Below, piece by piece: positions 12,770 through 24,710 of a stretch of 64,000 nucleotides of DNA (positions within the stretch are counted from its first letter, which is position 1; each line of letters starts with the position of its first letter). Source of the DNA: Podarcis tiliguerta (Eukaryota). The DNA lies in NCBI GenBank assembly GCA_965153285.1, contig OZ229112.1. One strand, given 5' to 3'. The notes under the pieces are model-generated. The model saw only the letters and a list, made by a program, of their open reading frames with translations. It searched no databases and was not told the origin of the DNA. A program made the translations under genes and the position numbers.

Positions 12770-13933
12770 ATCATCATCATCATCTTTTTATTATTTATAC
12801 CCCGCCCATCTGGCTGGGTTTCCCCAGCCACTCTGGGCAGTTTACAGCACATAAAAATTGTAAAACATTAGACATTAAAAATTTCCTGATACAGATGTCT
12901 TCTAAAAGTCAGATAGTTGTTTATTTCCTTGACATCTAATGGGATGATGTTCCACAGGGCAGATGCCACTACTGAGAAGGCCCTCTGCCTGTTTCCCTGT
13001 GACCTCATTTCTCACAGTGAGGGAACCGCCAGAAGGCCCTCAGAACTGGCCCTCCACCTGAATGGTGCAGGTAGATACGCTCCTTCAGGTATACTGAGCC
13101 GAGGCCATTTAGGGCTGTAAAGGTCAGCACCAACACTTTGAATTGTGTTCAAAAACGCACTGGGAGCCAATGTAGGTCTTTCAGGACTGGTGTCATATGG
13201 TCTCAGTGGCCACACCCAGTCACCAGTTTAGCTGCCACATTCTTGATTAGTTGTAGTTTCTGAGTCACCTTCAAAGGTAGCAAGACAGTCTGTGGGCAGG
13301 TAGGGTCTCAGCCTACGTACCAGATGGGAGTTGGCAGACAACTGCCCTGGACACAGAATTGACCTGCGACTCCATGGACAGCTGTGAGTCCAAAATGACC
13401 CCCAGGCTGCGCACCTGCTCCTTGAGGGGCACAGTTGCCCCATTCAGGACCAGGGAGTCCCCCACACCCATACACCCTCTGTCCCCCCAAAACAGTACTT
13501 CTGTCTTGTCAGGATTCAACCTCAATCTGTTAGCCGCCATCCATCCTCCAACCACCTCCAGACACTCACACGTGACCTTCATCGCCTTCACTGGTTCCAG
13601 TTTAAAAAAGAGGTAAAGCTGCGTATCATCCGCATACCCAGCCCAAACCCCAATGATCTCTCCCAGCAGCTTCATATAGATGTTAAAAAGCACGGAGGAG
13701 AGGACGGAATCCTGAGGCACCCCACAAGGGAGAGCCCAGGGGTCTGAACACTCATCCCCCAACACCTCTTTCTGGACACAGCACAGGAGGAAGCACTGTA
13801 TAACAGGGGCCCCAGCTTCTAGCTCTAGACGGTCCAGATGGTCATGCTGGTCGATGATCTCCAGCAGGCTAGGGACAAAGGTGAAAGCTGTTTCCTAGTT
13901 CTGCTGGATCTCTCAATGGCCTTTGATACCATC
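12770..13933 (-). mobile_element. 5'-truncated L2-clade LINE (RT to 3' tail) with inverted 5' segment
   Basis: Minus frames give CGVPQDSVLSSVLFNIYM, YADDTQLY, NRLRLNPDKTE, VRSLGVILD and LHWLPV. 3' tail at about 12770-12850. Plus-strand 13839-13933 encodes LVDDL...LVLLDLSMAFDTI. Confidence 0.9.
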
Positions 13934-14025
13934 CACCTCTCCTCATCAATGCCCCCCCTCCTCTCACTACCTGGTGATGGGGTCCTCCCTCATGTCCAAG
14001 AGAGCAAAGCATTCAAGGGCTAGTG

Positions 14026-14305
14026 CAGGGGTTGACAAGGTTTACCTTGCCTGGGCCAGTTCACTCCAGCAGAGATCCCTCCGCGGGCTGGATCACGCAA
14101 ATGCATGCACACACGATTTTCGGAGTCTGTGCATGCACAGATGCGATTTCCGGCACTGCGGAAGCGAGTCGCCGTGCCACGCTGGTTTAGCACAGTGTGT
14201 GGGGACTTGCCGAGTGGGTGGCTCAGTTCGGGGGTGGCTCGTGAGCCAGTTAAACAACCCTCGTGGGCCACTTGTGGCCCATGGGCCTTAGGTTGCTGAC
14301 CCCTG
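14026..14305. mobile_element. hAT-type MITE
   Basis: TIRs CAGGGGTTGACAA...TTGCTGACCCCTG; 8-bp TSD GGCTAGTG at 14018-14025 and 14306-14313. Confidence 0.88.
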
Positions 14306-15647
14306 GGCTAGTGCCTGAAGTGGTTCCACCAGGAAATTCTTTCTAAGATCTGTTAAAAGTCATTTCCAATGCTAACTAAAAGCTTCCTGTTCAGTCCATT
14401 TTAGTGCTTCCCTTAAATTTCCTTATTAGTCAGCTTTTGTTCTCAGTGATGGTAGGCAATTGCTTTTTTCTTCCCCCACCATAGAGAAATAATGCAATAA
14501 CAGACAGAAAAGAGAAGCAAAAATATGGGAAACTATCAGTGCACTAGCCCCTCTCTCTAAAGGAGACAAAACCTAACTAAAGAAAAGCCAATTCTGTATT
14601 AACCATGCTCACTAGGAAAGCCATAAAACATGTTGGACCTGCCAAAAACCTGTGTTCTTAAAGTTGAATGGCAACTCCCACATACACCACCAGTGCATTT
14701 TAATGTCACCTTTTTTATTTTAAAAGTGGTTTGTTAGATTTATCCTGTCCAATGTTGTGCTTATCTCTAGTTATTTTCTATCATTCAGGTTCTACAAGGG
14801 GGAAAATAAGCCTTCTCTAACTGTCTCACACATGCAAAAGGCTGCTGCATAGGAGCAAAACAGTATCTCAGACCCAAACAGGTGAGTGGCAATAAGAACA
14901 ATTTGCTGTTCTACATGCAAGAGCAGGATACAGGCTCCTGCTAAACAAAAAAATGATCCCCAGATCAGTATCAATATCCATGCCAAAATGTTCTTAATCT
15001 TCACACATAGTTAAACACGAGTCTGGAATAAGAGTCTCCAGTTTTGTTTAGTCCCAGGCCTTCACATAAATCTGTCCTCGACTTGATTCTTTAAACACTA
15101 TAGAACAAACTGCATCATAATCTATCAAAATTAAAATTCAAGTACAAAATCCTAACATCATCATGCAAAAAGATAAGCAGTTAGGTAGGTCTTAGATTTT
15201 TTTTAAAGCAACATCGTAAGAAGCTAAGAGCTTAAGAACTTGTCAAGCAGGCCAATTTTGAGGCTTTGTTTTTTAAGCTTTAATGGGTAATCTTGATCAT
15301 CAAGTGAAAAATAATATTGTTCCCAAGTGAGTTTTCCCATGTCCTCATTTTTCTACTTAATAACAATGAAATCTTACCGAACATAATCAAAATTTCATCC
15401 AAAATCACCCGAAGACATGCTTAAGAAAATGTTTATTTTCCCCAGAAACTTTGCTAATAGTTGGCTGCTGAAATACACATACACACACTTTATTTAAACA
15501 ATCTTTTTCAACTTCCATGTCTGGCCTTTGACACCAGAATTGTGTATTTCAGGACCCACCCTATTCATGTGATTGCAATTTGTTTTAACTGTTTTAAAAC
15601 TGAATTTTAAATTGAAACCTGCCCTATGAACTGCTGGTGAAGGGCAG

Positions 15648-15693
<46 letters not shown>
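15648..15693. repeat. (AAT)n microsatellite
   Basis: About 15 AAT units; explains the poly-Tyr pseudo-ORF. Confidence 0.95.
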
Positions 15694-15694
<1 letters not shown>

Positions 15695-18600
15695 CATATG
15701 GAGACATTAGCACAACCCTTTTTTGTTATTTATTTGTTTAAAAAATATTTATATGCTGCTTTTTCAAGCAAAGCCCATCCAAAGCAGCTTGCAACAGTTA
15801 AAACTACAAGTATATAAAACAAAAAAAACCCCAGATCCACATGAATAATAACAGACTTTTAAAATGTATTTTATTCTGAGTTTTTTAAAACTAGAATTTT
15901 TTACAATCAAAGCCTTTTCACTGCTCTGGGAAAAGTGGAATAAAATTGTTCCCCCATTCCAGACTGTTAGCAAAATGGTACATTGTGCAAACAAAGTACA
16001 GAGAGTCATGACAGAGGGTCAAGGTAGGGTGTTACTGAATTCGTAAGCAGTATTTGGGCTGCCACACAAAAATATCACTCCTATATTTCTTCAGGAGAAA
16101 TGGAGCTCACATTATTAGGAAACTAAGCATATTCAATAACACTATTAGATTTTATCCTATTCTATCTTAAGTGTTGGGAAGATTAACCCTCTGCTATTGT
16201 TTTGTACTATTGGTTTTTCTTTTGATCAACAAGGAAAACGGAATGCAAAGGTTTACTTTCATCCACTGCATGAAAGTATTTCTGGAGATGTGTTAGCTCA
16301 GAATTATGCTTCAACTTTTCCAGGACGAACCCTGGAAACTAGCAATATCTGATGAGTCACTTGGCAAAACAGAGCTTTAAGTGAAACTTAATGGCATGTT
16401 TATGTTATAATATGAGATTCATAGACTATCAAACCCTGTCCTTGCTGTGCTGCTATTTAACAACTTAGCATTCATCAGTGTTTTCTAGCTTGGCATATAA
16501 AATTGGCTCCTTTATATTGTTAAGCAAGCAGGACTCAGTTGCTGGCATGGACATTTTTCCAGTGTTTATATATGATCACAGCTTGTCTGAGCTTGAAAGC
16601 TATTTGCATAGTCTCTATCTGTTTAGTAACTTTTGGCTGGGATTTCTTTTTCCCCCAACTCCATTACTCTCAGAATCAAGATTTCTCCCTACGTTCAATT
16701 AAGCAGCAATTATATCACTTCTGAGTCTTTGAAGACTTATGCAAGTCAGCACCTTAACACTTTACTGTCACTTTAGAAAAACTTTTAAAATTTAGAAGAA
16801 TCTCTTGCATCACTTATTTCATGCCCAATATATTTGCAACAGCAACTCTTCATGGCTGCTAAACAAAACTGCCTTGCCCTTTTTAAGATCACAAATTATA
16901 AGTTTCTCCTACCTCTGGGTACTATTGTATAATTATATTCTTGTTATTAGGCAATGAATGTACAACGTTGAGATAAGAGGCAAGAGGTGAAAATGTTCCA
17001 AAATAAAAACGAATTGAGCCATCAACAATATATATACCCAAGTGCCAGTTTCACCCCTTAGGACTGAATTAAATAAAGAGGATACATCTAGACTATTTCA
17101 TACATTACACAGCAACAGCCCGAGGGTTGCCAGTGAGTGTATGCTACTCTTAAGACATAGCTGGGATTGTCTTTGGCTCCAAGCATACTTGCAGGATTTC
17201 TAAGTGCTTTGTTGCAATAGTACTTTACGTTTCTTGGTGCACACCTAAAATGCATCTTATATGAATGAGATTTTTGTTAAATCCTACTTTCTTATTCATC
17301 AGATGAAAAAGATATGAACCGTTGCAAGGTTTTCTAAACTTCTGCCAAGTATAATCTTGCCAGCCTGTAGCATCCTTGGCTTTTTCATTTTGAATCTCTA
17401 TTACAAAGCAGCCACCAATAATGTAAGGCTGCCAACCTCTATCATGAGAACTGTTCTCATAAACTGCACAAGCAGGCCACACCAGCATAGGCTTGCATTC
17501 TGTTGGCCTCACTATGAGAGTAACACTACCAAAGTCTTTTTTCTGATCCTTGAGACCTAGTAATTGATTCAGTTAAATAGAAGCCCCAAACATGTTTTCC
17601 TTATCATTGATAATAAATTGCCCAGAGCCTGGAGCTTTTACAAAGCATAAACCAAACACTGTCTTGAATTTCAAAAAAATATGTCAACCTTTTTATAAAA
17701 ATAAAAGAAAAACACTGAAAATAAAGAAGCAAGGTACTGTAGTACCAAATGCCCAGCAGCTGTTATTGTTACATGTCAATTTAGACTTTATATTATTAGT
17801 ATAAACTGCAGTTTCTGGTAAAACAACATCTGATGCACACACAGGAAGAGCTCATCATTTCACATAGTATGTATTCTGTAAAGGTAAGATCTTTTATGTC
17901 AGCATTTCAGATGTGTAATATTATTAGAGGATTTGAAAGCATGATGAGCAATTCATGTATCTGCAAAAACGTTCATTACCAATGTAAAGTCTGAATGTTC
18001 AAAATTAAGTCTTAAGGTATTCATAACTGGTAATAGCTCTTGACTTCTGCATATATTTAAAATCAGATATACATATTAATGTGGTTTCTTATGGACGAGG
18101 CATGCACATAGCATTGTGTTTGCAATGCATTTTAAAAGATGATGGTGGTCGTTTTTCAGATTAACACACTAATGTTGTAAATATGCTACCAAGAAAAAAG
18201 AGATGTCATCAAAGAGTAAAAAATCTTAAGATACGTGCTGCTGAGAAGATTGCTAAAACAGAACCAGAGTGGTACATGCTAGCAAAAGTGTTCCATGTGA
18301 GCCAGAGACACTTGAGTCCAAATATCCACTATGTCATGAAACTCAGTAGGTAACTTTGGGCCTGTAATCATGTTGTTTATGTGGTAAAGTTTATGATAAG
18401 AATGCTATATCATTTCAAACAAGGTAAGGGTTAACTGTAAACAAAGCGACTACCAAAGACAGACTAGCAGGCAGCAGACTGTCATTGTAGTCTATTATCA
18501 ACACGAAGATGGCTATGTTTGAGGAGGCTGCTGACTTTATATTCAGAATCAAATGCATCAAAAGGGTGGTCAGTTGTATAATTGGTCAGTTAATGGGCAT

Positions 18601-19354
18601 TCTACTTCATCTTATTGGCTCATAATTATAGACCAATAAGGGGATCAAAAATCACCCAAATGATTATTAATAAAAAGCCTGGTGTAAATAAAAAGCCTGG
18701 TCAAGGAGAGAAGCTCTTGTCAGCTGGAGTAGAATGATTAAGGGCTTAGGAAGAGGCTTCATAAGTCTGAAGAGTGAAGAGTGCTAGGAATCGCAGCAGA
18801 GGTTGCATCTTAAGGGGAGCTGAAGATCTAGCCTAGGAGCTGATAGCATGGGGGCATATTACTGAAGGAGTTCTTCTAAGAAGGGAATAAGGCTCTGTGC
18901 CAATGTTGAACGACAAAGCTGACTGATAAATATCGTGCATAGTTTGGTTTGTGTATGATGAGGTTAGTTGCTTTTTAGATGAGCTAAAATCAAAAGTTTA
19001 GCTGAAGATCCAAATGCTTGTTGGAGAGATACTACAGAGTCTGATATGGAGGAAGAACACAATTCAATCTCTTTTCTAGAGAAGAAAGGCTTAGTAGCAA
19101 TGGTTTCTGTCCTTGTGGTTTTCTCACCCGACACCTACAAGCCAAACCATATTCTACCAGAAGGTGATTTTAAGAGAACCAGGGAAATTGAAGCTGTTTG
19201 AGGGAGGTGACCAGGAAAACTAAAGAAAAAAATCATTGTAAGAAAACCTCTCAGAGGTTTACAAAAAAATAAAAACTTGACTTGCCATTCAGGATGAGAA
19301 GGCCTCAGTTCAAAATTATTTAAATAGTTCACTTCTAAAGAGAACATGTCATAA

Positions 19355-19547
19355 ATTTACTTACTTATTTATTGCACTTATATCCCACCTACTTCTCCAA
19401 GGAGTTCAATGTGGTATGCATGGTTCTCTCCCTCATTTAATCCCCACAACAACCCTGTGAGGTAGGTTAGGTTGAGAGACAGTGACTGGCCCAAAGTCAT
19501 CCAGTGAGAGTTATGGTCAAGCGGGGACTTGAACCCTGGTCTCCCGT
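19355..19547 (-). mobile_element. MIR/Squam3-like SINE fragment
   Basis: ccccacaacaaccctgtgaggtaggttagg...gactggcccaaagtcatccagtgag core in reverse. Confidence 0.75.
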
Positions 19548-21008
19548 GTGCTATCTACAAGTTATTTTCAGCATCTTAGGGTGTCTTTTCTTGGCAATCT
19601 GTATTTGAGCAATATTGCTTCAGCTTTCCAAACGAGGGATAACAGCAATGAAACAATATAGCTCCCTTGTTGCTGAAAACAGTCAAAGAAGCTAATAAAA
19701 ACAGCTGAAATCTAGTCAGTATGTCTTTACTAGTTCTGAGATCATATTGAATATATGGGCGGATTCATAGAAGAGCAAGTGAATCAGTGCCATATTTCAA
19801 CATTCACCTAAGGGAAAGTGTGAGCATGGTGCTCCACCAAGACTCAATGACATGACTCTACCAACTCAAGAAAGGGTGGGAAGAGAGAATATTGTACAAT
19901 AGGATTTATACATGGATGGGCCTCTGAAACATCTGTCTCACATGTTAAATGCAGGTGTCTACCATGCAAAGAGGGTCACAAGTAAACATGTGAATTAATC
20001 CTTTTTTTTTTTTTTTTTTTTTCAGTACAGAGGAAACTGACTTATACAGAGTCAGACCACTGGTCCATCTAGGTCAGTTTTTTCTAAACTGACTGGCAGT
20101 GGCTGTCCTTGGAGATACTGGGGATTGAATGTAAGAACTTCTGCATGCAAAACAGATCACTGAGCTACAGCTCTTCCCTGCCCAATAAAGCTAGGAAATT
20201 AGCATGCACAAGATCTGCTTTATATCTACTTAAAAACACAGCTCCGCTATAAAGCCAACTTGATATCCAAATATATAGGATATTTCCCAGGAGAAAGTCC
20301 CAGATGGTATGCAGTTGCCTCCCATGGCCAAATGTGGCTGTGTAGAGAATGCTGCTACTAATACTAATAAGGGCCTTTCTACGTGGTTGTTAATGGTTTA
20401 TTAGGAATGCACAAAATAGTTATTCATTTGTTGTCCACAGCCCCCATGCCTTTCCTCAAGAGTTGTTCTTTCATCACATTTAACCACACCAAGATGACAG
20501 CATTGTGTATCTGGAAAATGTGATACCTTCCCCAGCAAAACACATAATTGCAGAATGCTAAGTGACAGTATGAGTGACACAGACATTGATTTTACATTGC
20601 AACTAGCAATACATTCAGACACACACACTTTTCAGTGCTTTTGAGGCTTAGTGCTCTTCTGCTATGCCATTATCTAGTCTTAACACAAAAGTGGACATCC
20701 ACTTTCCCTTTCAGAAATGCCCACAACTTTGTTAGCTTTATGCTTCTTCTTGCATTTACACTCTCCAGCATCGGCTTATGTCTCTAACCATGGGTAGTAA
20801 TGCCCACTGGACATAACCTAATGTCCTTCTCAGTAAGCATGCATAGAATTGCACTGTAAGTGCAATTTTGTTCAGGATTTACTGAGAAAAAATAGCCTGT
20901 AGGACTCACCATTTCTTGCTTACAAGACATCCTTTCATGCTCTAGAACACACCAATGTGCACTTTTTAAGGGAAACAGCAGCACAGCTATCCCACTCCAG
21001 TCTATATA

Positions 21009-21249
21009 CAGTGGTACCTTGGTTTACAAACTTAATCCATTCTGGAAGTCCGTTCTTAAACCAAGGCTTGCTTTCCCATAGCAGCGGGGGACTCAATTTA
21101 AAAATGGAACACACTCAATAGGAAGCGAAACATGTTCTTATTCCAAGGCAAAATTCACAAACCAAAACACCTATGGTACGTCTGGGTTTGCAGCATTCTT
21201 AATCCAAATTGTTCATAAACTAAGCCGTTCTTAAACCAAGGTACCATTG
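21009..21249. mobile_element. Tc1/mariner (Tigger/pogo-like) MITE
   Basis: TA|CAGTGGTACCTTGGTTTA...TAAACCAAGGTACCATTG|TA. Confidence 0.85.
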
Positions 21250-22991
21250 TATGTGTTTTTATATATTTCATGTGTTTTTATTTTGTAAACCACTGTGTGA
21301 TCTTCAGATGAAAGGTGGTTTGGAAATGAAATTAAATAAATAAAAATATGTGGAAGACAGACACTGAAGTGTTGTTGACACAGCACCAGATTTTGACTTG
21401 AGAGACCTGGGGAAAAGGTTCTCCCAAAATTGGCTCCACGAGCCAATTGGGGGAGCAGAGGACACATGTGGTGGGAGAGGGGAGAATGAAAGTCTTTGCA
21501 TGAGCTTCCACTGGTAATGCTCAATAACTGAATCCTGCCTATGGGTTTGAAATCCTTGCTTAGTTCACTAGTTTCCTTTGGGTAGTCACTATCCCTCAAG
21601 ATTGTTATAAGGATAGTAATTTTCTTTCAGAACTGGCTTTTTTCAGGGAGAGAGCCTTTTCTACAATGGCCCAACATCTCTGGGGCACATTGCTACATTC
21701 ACTCGTAACAAGTTCCATCACTTCAGATGCTCATGAAAGCCCTAAAGGTTCACTAGCTTTCAAATGAGTTTTCCAGAGCTACTTTATTCTATTAACTGAT
21801 TTGGTTGTAGTCAGGTACTTTATTTTAACATTTTAGGGGCTGATACATTATTACATTATTACTTTTTATTCTTACTGATTTTATTTACATAGCTGTATCA
21901 TGTTGCACTTTTTTGTAATTTGTTTTGAGAGAGGGTTTTTTTAAACCTTAAAGGTGTCCTTTAAAGATTGTGAATATAAAAATGGGATAACCTGAGCTTT
22001 CTGAAGCAATGACAAAACAAAATGTGATAAATATACATCATGCTACTGAAAGAAACTTGGAAAAGAACAATGCAATAGGCATGCTATGGCAGCATTTCAG
22101 ATGTTTTGTGATGTTAACCCAGTGACCTGCAGGGCCCTTAAAAATGCTCCTGAAAAACACAGCAACCATTCCTGGGCTCCTACCTCAGAATAAACATAGA
22201 GCATGTGTGTGCAGACTGCGAACTCAGTTCAGTTCTGGTACTAAAACTATTTTTGAGGCTCAGAATATGCTCAGAGGCACCTTGTTATTCCATTATAATC
22301 ATGTGTATTTTGCAGCTGGCTCTGACTGATAGTCTATATAATCCTGAGATTCTAGGGGGGCGGGGACCAAAGTAGATCCAACAAAAGTGAAGTCTTCCTA
22401 CCACATCAGAAAGGTGAATTCTGAATCATTTATGACCAAGCTCCTCAACTCTATTTTCCGCTTCCTTGACAGAACTGGAAGAGCTCCTACCTGCTCTTAA
22501 CAGTAAAACAGTACAAACTAAAACAAAACTCTTTTCATGAGTACATAGGTCTCTCCAAAGCAGAAACAGTGTAAAAATGATCTCACTCAGGATTACATTT
22601 TAAAAATGAGGTGGCAGAGGGGCAGATTCAGGGGAGAAATGGCAACCACGGTCAAAGGTGAAGTAAACATAGCACATGAATGGTTATACAGTACATTTAA
22701 ACCACAGTTCAGCAAATAATCTCACATTTAAATCTATGTAGCTCATCATACTTATTCCCCCCCTGCGGAACTTCTGCATAAAGCAGATAATATATCTGTT
22801 CCGAATTCAGCTCACCAATGATAGTCTTAAATTCCCTTATTAAGGCTAAAATTCTAAACCCACTTGCTGGGAAGCAAACCCCATTTAACAGTGTTTACTT
22901 CTGTATAGCCACCCTCGGGGCTTTCTTGCAATCAAAAAGTACAACAGACAGAATATGCATCATTATTTTTAGGCCAATAAAGTTATCTCAC

Positions 22992-23152
22992 CTCTTTTAA
23001 AGACAGCTTCCCCACGTAGTACAGTGTTATTTGCATAGACCACTTCGGCTTTTACTGTAACCTTTTGTGGGCTCTTTTTCAGCATAGCTACTCCAATAGT
23101 CAAATTTGATCCAGGCCTGATGCTCTTAAGAGCTGCCATCAGGTATGTGGGC
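22992..23152 (-). CDS. CD109: CD109 exon 2 (PTYLMAALKSIRPGSNLTIGV...GEAVFKR)
   Basis: tttag| acceptor, |gtgag donor; 161 nt; similar to human PRFLVTAPGIIRPGGNVTIGV. Confidence 0.94.
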
Positions 23153-23217
23153 CTAAAAGAAGGGACAAAACAGATTACACTCATGGCCTGATACTCCTTT
23201 CACTACTCCAACATCAA

Positions 23218-23392
23218 GGGCTGCAACTCAGTGGCAAAGCTTCTCCTTTGCATGTAGATGGTTGCTGATTCAATCTTTGACTTCTCCAGGTAGTGCGTCC
23301 CATCTGAAACTCTGTAGATCCTCTGCCAGTCAGTATGGGCTATACTGCACTAGGTGGGCCAATGGTCTGACTCCGTAGGTGCCAGCTTCCTA
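23218..23392 (+). mobile_element. tRNA-headed SINE with CR1-like 3' tail (related copies near 20030-20178 -, 41190-41310 +, 50030-50170 -, 51650-51790 -, 33795-33935 -)
   Basis: gggctgcaactcagtggcaaagc head; ctgccagtcagt...ggccaatggtctgactc...cagcttccta tail shared between copies. Confidence 0.65.
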
Positions 23393-23529
23393 AATAATCT
23401 CTGGCCTGATTCATATGTGGATTCAGCCAAGTTGCAAGGTGGGGGGGGGGAGAGAATACAAGTCCTAACTGGTGGAAAATTACTGCTAAATAAAGCTCCG
23501 GAAGCCTCACAAAAAAATACTGTGCTCAA

Positions 23530-23574
23530 AAAGTATGGTAATATAAGAAAGGGAAAGTATGGTAATATAAGAAA
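23530..23574. repeat. Local tandem duplication (24-bp period)
   Basis: AAAGTATGGTAATATAAGAAA twice, separated by GGG. Confidence 0.85.
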
Positions 23575-23979
23575 CTTTGCCCGCCCACCGATAAAATAGT
23601 GTAATAACCCCCTAATCATCATCTTTCTCAGACCTCTGACTCCACATGCATCCTTTCAGTTTTCATAGAAAGTGCATTCAGGCAAATTGATCTTCTGCTC
23701 TTGTAGTGACAGGCTAGAATCCAATACTAGCTTACCTAGGAGTAAGCCCCAGTGGACCCCATAAGAATTGCCCCCGCAATTATGAACTGAGGAGCTGCGG
23801 GCAAAGTAGGTGGTTTGACACCACCACCCCCTCCCCCCAAAAAAACTACTGAGTGTGCAACTGGGCTGTGGGTGATCTGCAGTCTGACACTCGGCATTCT
23901 TGCAAGATTTGCCTCGGCTCCCGATTATGAAATCCCCATGAGTGCAAAATCTGGCCTTCAGTGCAGGACAGGGCAGGAG

Positions 23980-24710
23980 GAGGCGAGCGGGCACTAACCG
24001 TTTCCCTTATTTCTGCAAGCCTTTCCCACCCACCCCGTCCATCTTCTCCCCACCCACTTCCAGCTCCTACCCAGCAGCTTCGGCCCACGAAGTTGCCCAG
24101 AGGAGGCACACAGTGAGCCCAACGGCGGCGGGCAGCCGAGCGCCCCTGCGAGTCGCGGGAGCGGCGTCCGGCAACCGCAGCATCCTGCGGCGGGAATGGG
24201 CCGCTTTGCCTGAAGATGCCGCTTCGCGCCTCTTTCGCCTTCTCCCTCGTCTTCTCCTCCTTCCCCGCGCAGCGTTTGCCTATCCTTTCAGCGGCGGCGG
24301 CGGCAGGGAGGAGGGCGCCTTGCTCGGACAGTGAAAGGCGCTCCTTGTGGAAAAGCGGAGGCGGCAGCTTCTCTCCCCCGAGCGTCTGGCTCCACCCCGC
24401 CCGCCCTTCACGCCCACAGGGCATCCCCACCCTCGGCCGCCGCGGGGCAGGAGCAAGGCCGCGTGCGGGCATCGCCGCACCGCAGCCGCCGCCACACCCG
24501 CGGCAGTTTGTGAGGCGTGGGTCGGTGGGTGGTAGGGTCTTTTTGTCCGCGAGCTCCCTCGGGCAACGTTTGTGGGGGGGCTATGAGGGCGACCGTTTCA
24601 GACAGGCCCACACCCTTGTCGAGCAGGCACTAGAGGGAAGGAGTTGGGCGAAGCTGTTGGGTGGGTTGCTCAGTGGAAAGAAATCCGAGGACGGCCTCAG
24701 CTGAGTCACA
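23980..24710 (-). promoter_or_regulatory. CpG island / CD109 promoter and first exon
   Basis: Dense CpG, GC-rich block in an AT-rich background; GC box near 24395; AP-1/ARE-like GCTGAGTCAC at 24700-24709. Confidence 0.85.
24071..24183 (-). CDS. CD109: CD109 exon 1 coding part (signal peptide MLRLPDAAPATRRGARLPAAVGLTVCLLWATSWAEAAG)
   Basis: ATG at 24183 (aggATG, A at -3) inside a CpG island; hydrophobic leader; donor GG|GTAGGA; 113 nt, phase 2, matching exon 2. Confidence 0.88.

Larger units (their letters stand above)
1431..24183 (-). other. CD109: CD109 gene span in window (coding exons 1-11; 3' part lies beyond the window start)
   Basis: Spliced exons give a signal peptide followed by alpha-2-macroglobulin-family MG domains (SVFIQTDKTMYKPGQDV, EYVLPKFEV, AKYTYGKPV). 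Exon sizes match recalled human CD109 structure (29, 231, 126, 40, 85 nt). Head-to-head with SLC17A5 as in mammals. Confidence 0.96.

Noticed and set aside
13313-13765. 150-aa reverse-transcriptase-like ORF as a functional gene
   Set aside because: Fragment of a truncated L2 with internal deletions, frameshifts and stop codons.
15494-15697. Poly-Tyr ORF
   Set aside because: Translation of an (AAT)n microsatellite.
23846-24704. Several 130-208-aa ORFs on both strands in the CD109 island
   Set aside because: Same GC-composition artefact; the real exon 1 is the 113-nt signal-peptide segment.
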